Assembly (NCBI RefSeq): GCF_018977255.1
Contig: NW_024704742.1
Coordinates: 55,678,001-55,742,000 of the forward strand
DNA length: 64,000 nt
Direction: 5' to 3'
DNA from: Callorhinchus milii
Lineage: Eukaryota
Part shown: piece by piece, positions 50,155 through 63,560 of the stretch
Layout of the letters: every line of letters begins with the position of its first letter
Position numbering within the stretch: the stretch's first letter is position 1
The notes under the pieces: generated by a model
What the model was told of the DNA's origin: nothing
The model's database searches: none
What the model saw: the letters and a program-made list of their open reading frames with translations, nothing else
Position numbers and translations under genes: made by a program

Positions 50155-50790
50155 TCAACCTGGTTTCCTCTTGCCTCTGAATCAGAAGTTTGTGGGTTCA
50201 AGCCACATGTCAAGACTTAAACTCACATGGCCTAAGCTGATACTTCGATGCAGTACAGTGTTACATTGTCAGAGGCGGACGAAACGTTAAACCGAGGTAC
50301 CGTCTGCTTGTTCAAGTGGACATTAAAGATCCAATGGCACTATTCAAAGTGCTGAATCTTGCCTTCCTTCTGAAGTTTCCTTTCTCAGCATCTCTTCTCA
50401 CCATGACCATGGTGCTATTTCTCATTCAACCTGGTCCAGTTGGTACTACTCTTGCCTCTGAGTCAGAAGGTTGTGGATTCAAGTACCAAATTACGATTTT
50501 GAGCTCAGAGTCTGACACTCCAATCACTGCTGGAGTGATTGGAGTGCTATCCTTCAGATGAGACATTAAGCCAAAATCCTGTCTGCCTGAAGACATTAAA
50601 ATCCCATGGCTCTATTCAAAGAGAGAATAGAGTTTCTCCCATTGTCCTTGCCAACAATTCCCCAGATTGGTCATTTGCTTTATGATTGTTTGTAGGATGT
50701 TGCTGTGTGCAAATTGGCTGCGGCATTCCCATAAGGGCAGTACACAGTCACTGCACTTTGCAGTAGATCCTAAGCTGTCAGAACCTTCAT
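50155..50790 (+). mobile_element. Two tandem Deu-SINEs (50155-50350 truncated; 50425-50790)
   Basis: Two heads (ctcttgcctctga.tcagaag.ttgtgg.ttcaag), each followed by a Deu core. Confidence 0.85.
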
Positions 50791-50794
50791 TTAA

Positions 50795-51578
50795 ACAACA
50801 ACAACAACAACAACAACAAGATTCCATTTATAGAGCGCCTTTCACGTCAGGAGGACGTCCCAAGGCGCTGCACAGTTGGGTCATGACCCGAGCAGGGGGG
50901 AAATGGTCAGGGTGAGGGGAGGGAAGGGAGGGAGCGAGGAGGGGGGAAATGGTCAGGGTGAGGGGAGGGAAGGGAGGGAGAGAGGAGGGGGGAAATGGTC
51001 AGGGTGAGGGGAGGGAAGGGAGGGAGCGAGGAGGGGGAAGGAGTCGAGAGGGGAGCTGAAGTCACGGTCAAAGAGAAAGGTTTTGAAACCGGCCTTGAAG
51101 GAGGAAAGGGAGGAAGCGGCGAAGGCACTGGGGGATAGAGTTCCAGAGCCTGGGGGCTGAGAGGCTGAAGGCCCGACCACCGATAGTAGGGCGGTTGGGG
51201 CGGGGGGTGGAGCAGACCGGAGCCAGAGGAACGGAGGGTACGGGCAGGTAGGTAGGGGGATAGTAGGTTGGAGAGGTAGGAGGGTGCAAGGCCGTGAATG
51301 GCCTTGTAGGTGAGGATGAGGATCTTGAAATCAATCCTCTGGGGGATGGGGAGCCAGTGGAGGCGAGCGAGGGTAGGAGTGATGTGGTCCCGAAGCCTGG
51401 TGCGGGACAGTACACGAGCTGCAGAGTTCTGAATGACCTGCAGCTTGTGGAGGGAGGTGGCGGGAAGGCCGGCGAGGAGAGAGTTCCCATAGTCCAGCCT
51501 TGAGGTGACAAAGGCGTGAACCAGGGTTTCAGCGGCATGAGGGGTGAGGTAATGGCGTAGTCTGGCGATATTCCGGAG
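50795..51578 (-). mobile_element. Young L2 LINE, same subfamily as 17150-18322
   Basis: Closely similar ORF2 C-terminus and tail (gtgaaaggcgctctataaatggaatc(TTG)n). Confidence 0.95.
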
Positions 51579-51589
51579 TTTAATTCAAA

Positions 51590-51736
51590 GGAATGCACCT
51601 CCAACAGTCCAGCATACCCCGAGCACTGTACTGGAGGGTCAGACTAGGCTGTGAGCTCAAAGTCCTGATGTAAGGTTTGAACCTACATCTTCTGACTCAG
51701 AGTTGACTGTGATTACAACTGAGCCAGGCTAACACC
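51590..51736 (-). mobile_element. Deu-SINE head
   Basis: Reverse complement ggtgttagcctggctcagttgtaatcacagtcaactctgagtcagaagatgtaggttcaaacc. Confidence 0.78.
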
Positions 51737-52458
51737 TAAATAACTAGAATAATTAGCAGGGAACATGTCTCTAGTTTCATGAGGAGTGTTTGTTCATCCC
51801 CCAATATGGTCAAAAGCAGCCCTGAACACAAGTTCCAGCACTAGCAATAGTTTTACTTTTATAATGTGTTACACTTCTAGACTTTAATAAGAAAGCGTCA
51901 GATGAAAAATGGCCCTGACAATAAAAGGTTATCAAAAAGAAGTTCTCGGAAGGCCTGAGTTCTTCTGTTTGAAATGTAATTATATCCTGTCCTTGCCAAG
52001 GGCCACTATTCAGTCCTTAGGTCTGAATGCACCCTTCACTGCCTTTCTTGTCTTTAAGTGCATGTGGAAATTATCCTTTCATGCGTCCAAACTGTTGCAT
52101 TTAGGTCTGCCTGCTTCTTTTTTTTAATACCTAAAATATCACAGATATATTGTATGATCGAAAATCAAATGTCCTTTCATTAATTCTGTAAGGCAAAGTG
52201 ATAGGTTCAAGTGTGAATTCTTCATCAGTGACGAAAACAGTCATCTGCCCTGGACAGGAGCATTGGATGCAATTTTATATTTTTCGAGCATTCATGACAT
52301 TTTTCATGTTTCTGTCATTGGCATGAATTTTATTTGACCCCTTATCAAGCTGAAATGACTTGAAACCTTTCTCTTCAACACTTGCGTTGTCACAGCAATA
52401 AATTTCACTGGCAATGAATTACAGTCAAAGAGTTGGTCAAGCACAAAAGCTGTAATGG

Positions 52459-52900
52459 ATAATAATAATAATAATGCTTGCATTTGTTGTAATGCCTTAA
52501 TACGTTGTTGAATCATCTCAAAGCACTTTGCAGGATACACTGTAATGTCGCGTGACTGTATTTTGTGGGTGAACATGGCAGCCAATGTGCGCACAGCAAT
52601 ATCCCACAAACAGCCATGAAATGAATACCCAATTTTATTTGGGGTATAGTTGACAAGGGCATTAGGAGAAGCTTCCTCATATTTTTTGAATAGTGTCATG
52701 GGATCTTTAACATGCACCTGAACAAGCAGATGTGATGTCCATTTAACATCTAATCCGAAGGATGGCACCTCTGACAATGTAACATGTACACCGCCTTAGA
52801 TTGTCAGCATACCTTATGTGGATTCCAAGTCCTGACATGGGGTTTGAACCCACAACTTTTTGACTCAGAGGCAAGAGTATCTCCGATTGAGTCAGACTTA
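52459..52900 (-). mobile_element. Full-length Deu-SINE
   Basis: Head, Deu core and (TTA)n tail are all present on the minus strand. Confidence 0.88.
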
Positions 52901-53414
52901 GCTAGGTTGTCAATTGTTGCCAACTATACTTCTATTTGTAAGAAACCTTATAATGGCTGAATTAAAACTGCAGGGACGAATTATGTGATTAGCACATTTA
53001 TTCTGTTTTGAAACATCATATTTGTTACCTTAATATTTCTAGCAAGTAAAAGTTGCAAAAGGGAGAAGGGCTTATGTGGGAATGAAGGTCTCTAGTTGTG
53101 AGCTATTGGCAGTGAGTGTAAGTATAATTTATGCTTGTGATTAAATCTCTCTCTCTTGTTTGTTTCTTTGTCTCTTTGTGCTTTTCTTTCCCTCACTTCC
53201 AGTCTCCATCGCTGTATGTGTCTTAAAACTGACGTAATTTACTTTTAGAGCAGAGTTCCTGTGAAGTCATTGTGAAATAAGTCCAGTTATCAGAAGGATT
53301 TCCTAGTCAGATTCCTTAACTAAGGAATTCCATTAAAAATCAACATACAATGACCATCATACCTTGGACACATTTTATTTCTGGGGAAAAAAAAGTCCAT
53401 GAGAGGATTCGTGT

Positions 53415-53660
53415 CTAGCATTTTGCCCACAAAATATGCAGTCACTAAACTTTACAGTATGTACTGTGATATGCTTTGAGATGTCTCAACAACGTGACAA
53501 GGTACTGTATCAAATGCAAGGATTATTATTATTATTATATTTCACCCAGTCAATTCAATATACAGTCAATTTTCTTTACAGTCTATTCTGTGAAGCGCTT
53601 TGAAACGTCTAGAAGGCATGAAAAGCATTTTATCAAATGCAAGGATTATTATTATTATAT
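53415..53660 (+). mobile_element. Two tandem SINE tails
   Basis: Two successive ...tatcaaatgcaagga(TTA)n ends. Confidence 0.82.
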
Positions 53661-55617
53661 TACTCATGAAACATGGGAATGAAGACATTCGGGGAAGGAA
53701 GAATTTCTGTATGAATAATTTTTCTCCAAATGAAGACCAAAACCTCCACCAATAGTTGTCAGGTTCAAGACAGTTTGATTTGTGTATTGAAGGGATGGCC
53801 GCAAAATGGATTTTATTATAACACTTCAATTTGGAATCCCTAATATTTGGAAATCTGACAAAAAGAAAGAGAGGAAGGTAAGAAAACATGGAATGAATGA
53901 AAGCCATTCAACTCAATCAGCTTGATCCATAGTCATGCAATTGCCAAAGAGTCGCGAAAGCCATTCCACCACTCTGTCTCCTCAGGAGAACTACAATGTA
54001 GAGATTCTATGAACTGAACCCCCACCTTGATTTTAAAACACTGGAATAGCTGTGCTCATTTCAGTCATCACTCTCGTTTCCATGGCTGGCATTAAAGTGG
54101 ACATGTTTTGCTGGTGCTATACATCTTCTGAGGTTTCAGCAAATACGTTGCTGGGAACTTTACAGGGAACTCTTAATTGCAAGTAACCGAACATGGTTTG
54201 CCATCTTGACAATTAGTTGCAAAGTCACTAAAGCACACCATTCGATAGCATTGATATTTCTTACCTAGATGAACATATTTCACTAGAAAAATCAAAATTA
54301 AACTCAAAATCAATCTCCACAATCTCCACAACATCAGTTATAGTGGATCTGTGCTGCTGTGTCTTTTGAAATGCCACATGCAAAGAACCAATATTATGCC
54401 ATCAACTTTTTTCACCTATCGCAATGTCTTTAACTCACCCACTCTGTGTATTTTGTGACACTCAGAATATGATTTATGTCCTTTTTTGTTAAAAAAATTC
54501 AAATACATATTGAATTTTATAATAAAGGTAGCAGAAGAGGGCAATAACAGATCTCCATTTTCGCAGCAGCGTTGGTTACACATGGTTGACAGCTAAAGTG
54601 CAAATGTTTATAAGGGTAACAATCTTTTTTTGTCAGCAAGAAAACAATTGGATAGTCAGTTTGAAAAGTGTTCAGTTCTCTAAACTAATTCTTCGATGAT
54701 TGGCACACCACTGTGTATTTTATAGCGCAACCCTTAATCATCAAGTAGTTGTACGTCAAAACGCTTTATAAGTAGAATACCATTAGAATGCGGATATCTC
54801 ATATTTTATTGCAAAAAATCCCATAAGTCTTAAAAGTACAGAGAAGAGGATTAGAATTTAAGTAAAAATAGAGGCTTTTCATCCCAGAAACCCTTATAGC
54901 AAAAAAAGTTAGAAATTAATATTATTTAAGGAACAGCCTGATTAGAACCTTTTCAATCCTGATGCGAACAGTGATTCAATTAATTTTCTTGTACTTTAAC
55001 ATGCAGTTGAGCTTCAAAAACACATAATAGCCTCTGTATCAAATCTATTTCACTTTTGTATGATTCGTGATCCATCAAAGCACTTGAAAATATAATCCTG
55101 ATCCAATTATAAAACGTTACCCAATTATTCACATCTTGTACAAATGCATTGTTATCTGTTCTCCAAATGTCAATCACTAAGCCCTTCTTGTGAAAAAACA
55201 TTTTTATCCACCTAGGTTTACATTTCAGTCAGTACATGAGCGACTGAAGATATAGTATGCTACCAGCACTCACAAGTTGTTAAGTAATGTGGTTTTACAG
55301 TACCTTTGAAACAAAATAGCAGAATCATAAGTCTGATCCCTTAGACAGTAAATAAAAGCATTAATTCTCTAAAGCAAGCACAATTTGATGGACAAGATAT
55401 CCTGCTTATACATTAACCCTTCATGTGAGCTCCTTGCAAATAAATAGTTAAATTTTAGCTGTCAATCCTGTTTAACCAACGCTGCTGTGAAAATGAAGAT
55501 CTATTATTATCCTCTTGTACTAACTTCTACTATAAAATTCAAAACCCTCCAAGTCTACCGCCCCTCTCCCCTGAAAGACCTACCTCCTTCCTCTCGGACA
55601 TCTCTTCTCATCCCTCC

Positions 55618-56395
55618 ATTTATACAGTGCCTTTCAAGTGTGTAGCATCTCAGAGTGCTTAACAGTGTCAGAGCCTGACGCTGAACCAGGAGGAGGGGGG
55701 AGGTGACGATAAGCACGATCAAAAAGGAAGGTCTTCATTTGTGATCTGAAAATGGAGAAGGAGGGGGCAAGGCAGAGGGATTGAGAGAGAGAGTTCAAAA
55801 GTTTCAAGGTGTCGTGGCGAAAGCACATCTGCTGGAGGGGACTAGGGACGAGCAGGACGACGGAGCCAGCTAAGTTGAGGCAGCGGGTGATAGAGTGGGG
55901 AGTATGTAGGAAGGGAGGTAATACGGTATGATGGGATTTGTAGACTAGTGTGAGGATCTTTAAGATGATGCATTCTGTGATAGTGAGCCAGTGGAGCCTG
56001 GCAAGGACTGGTGTGTTGAGGAATAAGGAGTTTAGTGTAGGTGAGTATACAGGTGGAGGAATTTTGAATTTGTTGGATTGTGTGGATAGCGAAGCTGGGG
56101 AGATTGAAAGGAGGGTATTGGAACAGTCGATGTGGGAGGTGACAAAAGCATGGACAAAAGTTTGGCTGTGTTGGATGTAAAGTCAGAAACGGCCAATGTC
56201 ACAGAGGTGAAGGAAAGTGGTTAATGACTGACTGTAGTGGAAGAAGAACAGGTAGGGATGGAACCTGATGCTTAGGTTATGCAGAAGTTTGGTGAGTCTT
56301 AAGGAAAGGCTGAGGAGGTTGACGAGGTCAGAGTTGCAGGAGAGAAGACGTTGTCAGGACCCAAGTATGGCTTCACTCTTGTCAATATTCAGACT
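55618..56395 (-). mobile_element. Degenerate L2 (second-subfamily-like)
   Basis: FRSQMKTFLFDRAY and a degenerate LVHAFVTSHID region. Confidence 0.82.
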
Positions 56396-57226
56396 ATACA
56401 AGTTGTTGTTGTTGTTGTTATTTTGAACTCTCACCTAACCTGCTAGCGATAGCAGGGATGCCTATTATCCTTATATTGAACATTAATTTATACAAACAGT
56501 ATGTTCATTAAAATAAATCTTTTAAGGGTTGGCTTGCCAAATACTCCATGCTAAAGAGTGGCTGGACATGGAATTGTGACAAGAACTTGTACAAGTTACA
56601 GTTCCTTTCTTCAGGAGAATGAACGGAATGGCAGCAAAATGCTTCTCATAGAGAAAAAAGTAAATCAGAGGGTGAAGTGCCCTTGAGACTCTCGTACAGC
56701 TTCTTACAAAGCAGTACTGGCAAAGCTGGTCAGAAATAAGTCCTGTTGGCACATAATTTTGTTGGGCAGGGGAAAACTCAAACTCAACAAATATTACATC
56801 AATTTATTTTGAAGCAATGCTTTTACTGATGGATAAGTTGTGACTACTGATCCATTCAGTGAAATCCTGTGATTCTAGCACATTAACTCCCGAAGGGAAG
56901 GATGACTTCAGAGTAAGTAACCGTGCAGTACCTCAGCTTTAAATAAGCTGCAGTGCAACAATTTTGATTTGTTCTTTTAAAAAAACAAAATTTAGAAATT
57001 CTAATCCGAGTATAAACCCGATAGAAGCAGAATCTTTCTTGACAAATTGCTTATGTCTTCATTTGGATTTAACAGTCTTCTGCATTAGCTATCAATTTGT
57101 CAGTGGTATTTTGAAGAGCGTGTGCATCCTGAGTTACAGGGAGAAAATCCACTGAGAAATGATTGGCAACGGAAAGCGTGTTAAATAAAATACTTAAATA
57201 GTGAGAAATTGGCCCTGTGTGCAGAA

Positions 57227-57356
<130 letters not shown>

Positions 57357-57859
57357 CCTTGCATTTGATATAATGAAACAGCAAAGAGCACGCTGTCAGT
57401 TTATGTCTGATTCCATTTTATATCCATACACGTGAGATATTCTTTTGGAAGAGTAAATACTGTAGATTCTGACTTTGATTTTTTCTGAATGATGCACTTT
57501 GTTCACTTGACAGTAATAATATTACTCTAGTACTATCAAATAGAAAATGGGTAACTTGTGCCTTTTTTTTAAATACATTTCATCAGAAATTCAGATATGG
57601 ATTCAACACAAGTAAATCTTATAAGATCAGCCAAATACATTCATTTAGCCAATTATTGGCAGTGGGGAATCTAAATAAGTTTGGCATTTACTAAATTCTG
57701 AGTGATTAATAATAAATCTTGTATTGATATTGCATCTAATCATGTTGTTGAGATATTTCAAATCACAGGATTTTCTTGTGAAGTGTAATAATTGTGTATT
57801 ATGTGGGCAAATGCGGTAACAATTTCCACAAAAAGTGAATGATAATAATAGACACCACA

Positions 57860-58175
57860 GTCCTTGACAAGCTCCACTAGCTGCTTATCACAAAGTAGAC
57901 CAATTTTGAGATCCTCATGCTCGTCTACAAATTCCTTCATGCCATAGCACATCCCAACTCTCTGACCTGCTTATTCCCCCACTCCGCTACCCTCCGCCTC
58001 CGCTCGGTTGGCTCTGGCCTCTTGCTTGATCCTTCGCTCCACATTTGGCCGTGCTTTCAGCCACTACGTCCCGAAACTTTGGAACTCTCCCCTTCAATCC
58101 CTCGTCCTTTTCCTCTCCTTCTCTATTATCAGATCATACCTGAAGAGCTTCCTCTTCAACTGTGGTCACCTCTTA
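57860..58175 (+). mobile_element. Degenerate L2 3' fragment
   Basis: STFGRAFSHYVPKLWNS...YLKSFLF. Confidence 0.8.
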
Positions 58176-59513
58176 GTTGGCGGAGTACCCAGTAAACCTC
58201 TGTTGAGACTGGACTAAAAAGCGACAGTCCTGACTGCTTTCCACGTACAAGAAGTGTACAAAACATAATGGAAGAAATCAATGCTGTACAATGGGAATCC
58301 CTAGCCCGTATGAATTACACTGAGCCCTTGAACTAGGGATAAAAATCACCACAGTAGCTGTTTGTAAAATCTGGTACTGTGGGATACATGCTGAGCTAAC
58401 ATCTTCGGAGCATTTAACCAGTGCTGACATTCCCCCTTTAACTGATATGATGGGAGCTAGCATCTTCCAAAGCCCTGCTAATAATCCTTAAATCTGTTTT
58501 TTTAACAGAATGAAAATGTAATGGAAGCATCACCCATTTCAGTGCTTTCATAGACTGGAATAAACTTTAGTAAATGAGTTTCAGAAATTAATTTCTATGT
58601 GCAGAACAAAGTTAATGCGATTTCTATGCCTCAGCAAACAGCAGTCAGATCCCAACTCATGTAGTGACATGTCATTGAGGGACAATCTCCATCACATTAT
58701 TCGGAGCTATATCATCCTCCTGTGTGTGATGTGCAACTGCTAGTTGCAGGTGCACTCAGCAAATTCTGTGGTTGGGATAAGAACATTAAAAAATGGGTTG
58801 TGAGCTGATCAGTCTTCTAATCCCAACATAAGCACAGATCGGGAATGGGGAGCACTATATCTATGATTAAAAGGACTTTGCGCAATTTTGCCGTTTTAAT
58901 TTAAAACAATTTCTGATGAACCAACTGCACATTAGTTTGCTTCCAGTGATTTTGCTGTGCTACTGTGTTATTCACAGCCACCTCCAGACCTAAAGTAAAG
59001 GCCTTGACCATCCTAATAAGTGACTGCATGATAATACTGAAAGCAGAGCTGATTTCAGGATAGGTTTGCAGAGCATGGTGGACGAGGTCCAGGACTGTGA
59101 CCTACTTTGATGGTGAGGTCCATGAGTCACCAACTCCAAGGTCAGAAGTGAGGCTTCAAGGAAAGTGAAGATGAAAAATATCCAGAAAAATCTGTAAATC
59201 TGCGAAAGGTTTAATGACTTGAAAAAATCAGCCATGGAGAATATTTCAATAGACTGCCAAGCTAGGAGAACGGATCAACCAACATAAGAAGCTGGAATTT
59301 TCAGAAATCAATGTGGCAGAATTGTTCATCCTTGAAAGCCCAGAAGGTGTGAGCAATGCTGAGATGGGACCTAAGTCTACAGAGGATGTATTAAGTCTTT
59401 AACTAGTCAAATTGTACATAGAATACTGTATTCATTTGTGGTGCTTGAAAAATACATATGGATGGGTGGGGTGAATTTGAAGCATTTCACAAATGATATC
59501 AACAACAACATGT

Positions 59514-59835
59514 GGAGTCCTGTAGCTCAGTGGTTAGAGCACTCGCTTTGCAAGCGAGAGACCTGAGTTCAATTCCAGGCAGGGCGAAACTTGGGCAAGT
59601 TTCCTTACTCCACACGCCTAATAATAATCCCTCCAAAAAAACAAAACAATAATAAATTGGTCATTTTCAATCTACGACTGTTTGTGGGACATTGCTGTGC
59701 GCAATTGGCTGCCGCGTTCGCCCGCAAATATACAGTCAATTCACTTTACAGTGTGTTCTGTGAAGCGCTTTGGGACGTCCTCCCAACGTGAAAAGCGCTA
59801 TATCAAATGCAAGGATTATTATTATTATTATTATT
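59514..59835 (+). mobile_element. tRNA-Ala(TGC) SINE, short form, best-preserved copy
   Basis: ggagtcctgtagctcagtggttagagcactcgctttgcaagcgagagacctgagttcaattccagg with intact A and B boxes and a (TTA)n tail. Confidence 0.95.
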
Positions 59836-60562
59836 AACATCAGCTTGATTTATATTGGGCCTCTCATGCAGGGTAGCACCTAAATCCAGCTCTGAAGACT
59901 CCTGCCTGCAGCTTTAGGGAACTGGTTTGCTCTGTAACAGATTTGTTTTTACAAAATGTTATCCATTATCTTGATTTCAAAGCACTACCGAAAGAGTTGC
60001 TCAAGTGTTGCTCAGTACAAGAGCTCATTTTAGAGACACCATCTGAAGCTGCTCTCAAAGGATCTGGACTGACATAACTGCTATCCTACTTTTAATTGTT
60101 AAAATCTGCTATCCTCACTGCGATCAGGAGCTATTTGCTGAGCTAAGATCGTTGGATCACTGGCCCTTAATGGTGGATTATTCCTGCACGAGTAACTCAA
60201 TGATATGGCAATATTTACAGAATGATATCAAGATGTCACTTAAGTATTATTTGATGTTGCCCATCTCCGGAGGCAGTGTAAGAACTCTGCTTTCTAAACA
60301 GGTTTTTGACTCTGAAGTCCCAGATATTGCAGTAATTTAGTGGTATGAACTAGCAATTACTTTCCGTTGTGTTGGCAGAAAACATTTTTAGAGAAGTGCA
60401 GATAATTATTTCACTGCAGGAATTCTGTTCTTTCATAGATAGTCTATTCAAGGCTGCTTCACATTGGCAAGTCTAATAGCTTACAAACCATATAGTCTTT
60501 GATTTTAAGATTAATGTAACTGAAAGAGGGTCAATTATGAACAGACAGTGGTCATTACTGAC

Positions 60563-61879
60563 TGGGCCATTTTAGTTGTGTTTATGATTTCTAATGAAGT
60601 GATAATAATGCTTTAACATTAGCAAAATGGAAAGATAGGACATCACCCTCATGGATGAATGGTTTGCCCTGACCTCCCAGGCCTGTTGGATTAAAACAAA
60701 AGTTGCTTCAATAATTGTAACAGAATTCACTAGAAAATTATATATTCCAATATGGATACCTGTGAAAGGTGCTATATAAATACAAGTTGTTGTTGTTCAT
60801 CTTGCACAGATGAAAATTGCCATGTTGTTCCTCTGCTCTATTTCTCCCACCATTGGTAGGCACCCGCTCTCTTCCCAGATCCCTCCGACTTGCTCCTCCA
60901 CCCCCACACTTTTTCAAGTTATGTCTCAAAATATGCCTCTTTGACTGCGCTTTCAGTCCTTTTCCCCCTCCTCACCCCACTCAGCTCCCATCCTCAACTC
61001 TGGTGCCCAGTTAAAATTGTCAACCACTTTGGAGCATCCTCCTGATTTGAAAGCACTATCTAAGTGTACACTGGATTTTATTTATCCAAGAGCTTGTTTT
61101 GCCATGCTTGTTTGCACATAATAGTCATCTTTACATTGTCAAGATATCTCAAAATGCTTCATAGGATTTTATTGTTAAGTGTAGTGACAGTGTATTTGTG
61201 GATAGATGCAAGGGCCAAATTGCACACAGCAATGTCCTACTGAAATAGAACAAATTGAGTCCTCATTTGCTCATGACAACAAATGGCATATCTCATAAAA
61301 CCTCATTAGAACATATTACATTCCAAAAAATACCAAAGAAACTAACCTTTGCCTGTCCGTTCAGTCATTTTGTGCAACTATTTAGTCACAGCTGCTAAAA
61401 TATGTATTTGTAAAACGGAAGATCCTTGGGCAAATGTGATCTAATCTAATGATTTATCTCATCCTCTCGTCTTTCAAACCTATACTATAGAGCCTCACTT
61501 AAGCTTCTCAACAATAAAATATTCTAATGCAAGCTGGCTTTCTTATTACTTTGAGCAATTTTAAAGCATTGAGTTCAACTTTTTGAATTGTAATAATAGG
61601 CAACATGGGCCATTTTAGTTGTGCTTATGTTTTCTAATGAAGTGATAATAATGCTTTAACATTAGCAAAATGGAAAGATAGGACATCACCCTCATGGATG
61701 AATGGTTTGCCCTGACCGCCCAGGTCTGTTGGATTAAAACAAAAGTTGCTTCAATAATTGTAACAGCATTCACTAAAAAATGATATATTCCAATATGGAT
61801 AACCATGAAAGGTGCTATATAAATACAAGTTGTTGTTGTTCATCTTGCACAGATGAAAATTGCCATGTTGTTCCTCTGC
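60563..61879 (+). repeat. 274-bp direct repeat (60563-60836 and 61606-61879)
   Basis: Ungapped alignment with about 10 mismatches counted by eye. Confidence 0.95.
60837..61065 (+). mobile_element. Degenerate L2 3' end
   Basis: FKLCLKICLFDCAFS followed by an L2-like 3' UTR. Confidence 0.7.
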
Positions 61880-63242
61880 AACATTTTTTGATTGTACATT
61901 GAATTATTATGTTCGTATCATGACAACCACAGAAAATTGCCTCCCATATTCTTGCTTATTTGCACACATAGCAAATTGTAGCATGTGCTGCCCTGGAATA
62001 TAATACAATGCAACAGCTATTTATTTATGAACAACTAATTAATTTTCATGTTAGTTCCACATGTTAGTGACTTGCTAGGGAACATGGTTAGTGTGGATGG
62101 ATTAGAATCTGAAAGAAGAAGGAATCCAAGCTATGTGAAATATTCTTATTTGACTTTATGATGAAATGTTAAATTCAGTTGAGCTATTTTGCTTGAAACC
62201 TGTTGCAGTGTGAAATGTACTTTCTTAAGCAGATCATGTGATAATTGGACTTACAACGTGTTATGAAATATTGCAATTTACACCCCTATGATTCTGTGAA
62301 AAGAATGGGTTTACTCAGGTTCACTTAATAGGAAAGGTGCAGTTCACGCTGCTACTATTTGCCAGACATCCCATGTTTTCTTCCTGTGAATTTTCTAATG
62401 AATACAAACTGCTTTGCTGTTACCATAGTGATGAAATTGACTGAGAGTACAAAATGACTCTTCAGAACAACTCAGCAGAAGTACTTCCATACATTTGAGA
62501 GCTTTTGAACAGAGTGATCTAAAATAGACTTAAAATCTATGGTGTTGTAACCTGCAAGACCATTTTACTTTAAAATTTAAGATGGAGCAGAACTATTGAA
62601 AATTCTCAAACTCTGTCTTAATTCGGTTATTTTTAGACCAGAGAACCAACTTTCAAATTAAGACAGAATTTAAGAATTTTCCACAATTCCACACAATCTT
62701 AAATTTTATGACTGAACAGTCTTAGAGGATAAGAATAGAGGGTAATTTCAGGGCTAATAGTAGAAAGCCACATTTGTTTTACTTGAATTATGACTTTTGA
62801 TTTGCAAATTTCAGTTTGCAAAGATCATGGGTGGAAATTTGCAAATTCCAAACTGGGAAATTCAAAACGATAAGGCTGGCATTTTGCTCATTAGCCTATT
62901 TTCAGACTTTGCTGACTTAGTATGTGGAATATGCTGGTTGCAATTTCCACAATCAGAAATCTCAAATAAGTAACCAAATCTGATCGCCTGATTTGAACTT
63001 TGATATTTTGCACTTCAGTTGGCAGAAAACTTGAATGTGAATTAGTGCTAAAATGCTCCCAAGAAGCCTTCAGAAGTAATTAAGAAAATTCTCTAAACAA
63101 ATATAGCTCCTGGCAGCAAGATCTTGAATAGTCCTTCGGTTTAACATCTCATCCTACCGATGTGAAATGCGTTATACCAAAAGTAAGAATTATTATTATT
63201 TATTGTATGATACCTGCAGTCGATATTTGTAAATAGCAGATA

Positions 63243-63560
63243 ACCATAGATTCATAGATTGTGCAGCTTGAAACAGGCCATTTGACCCATCCAGTCTGCC
63301 TGGTGTTTATACACTACATGAGTGTCGATCCTACACCTCCCTATCCCTTGTCCTATATCTCGGCTTTCTCTCTATATCCCTCAAGTTTATTCTCTCAACC
63401 ATATGTCCAGTTTTTTTTAATGTGCACGTGATTGGCACTCTGACTGTGGCAGAGAATTTCAACTTCCAGCACTATCTGTGTGGAAAAGTTTTTCATAATC
63501 TCCATTCTGGACCTCCCAGTTCTGATTCTAAAACAATGCCCTCTGGTCTAGACCTTTGCT
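63243..63560 (-). mobile_element. CR1 3' end
   Basis: Reverse complement ggatgggtcaaatggcctgtttc...(atctatg) tail and ttccacacagatagtgctggaagttgaaattctctgcc. Confidence 0.78.

Noticed and set aside
54439..55211. Minus-strand exon pair 55121-55211 and 54439-54480 (WIKMFFHKKG...DINHILSVTKYTEW)
   Set aside because: Phase-compatible, but both acceptors lack a proper pyrimidine tract and I recognise no homologue.
59250..59402. Penelope GIY-YIG-like peptide or exon (TAKLGERINQHKK...)
   Set aside because: Only a short resemblance, with no upstream GIY/YIG motif.
59514..59590. tRNA-Ala(TGC) gene (also 16192 and 34570-34644)
   Set aside because: The acceptor stem does not pair, there is no T-run terminator, and it continues into a SINE body in every copy.
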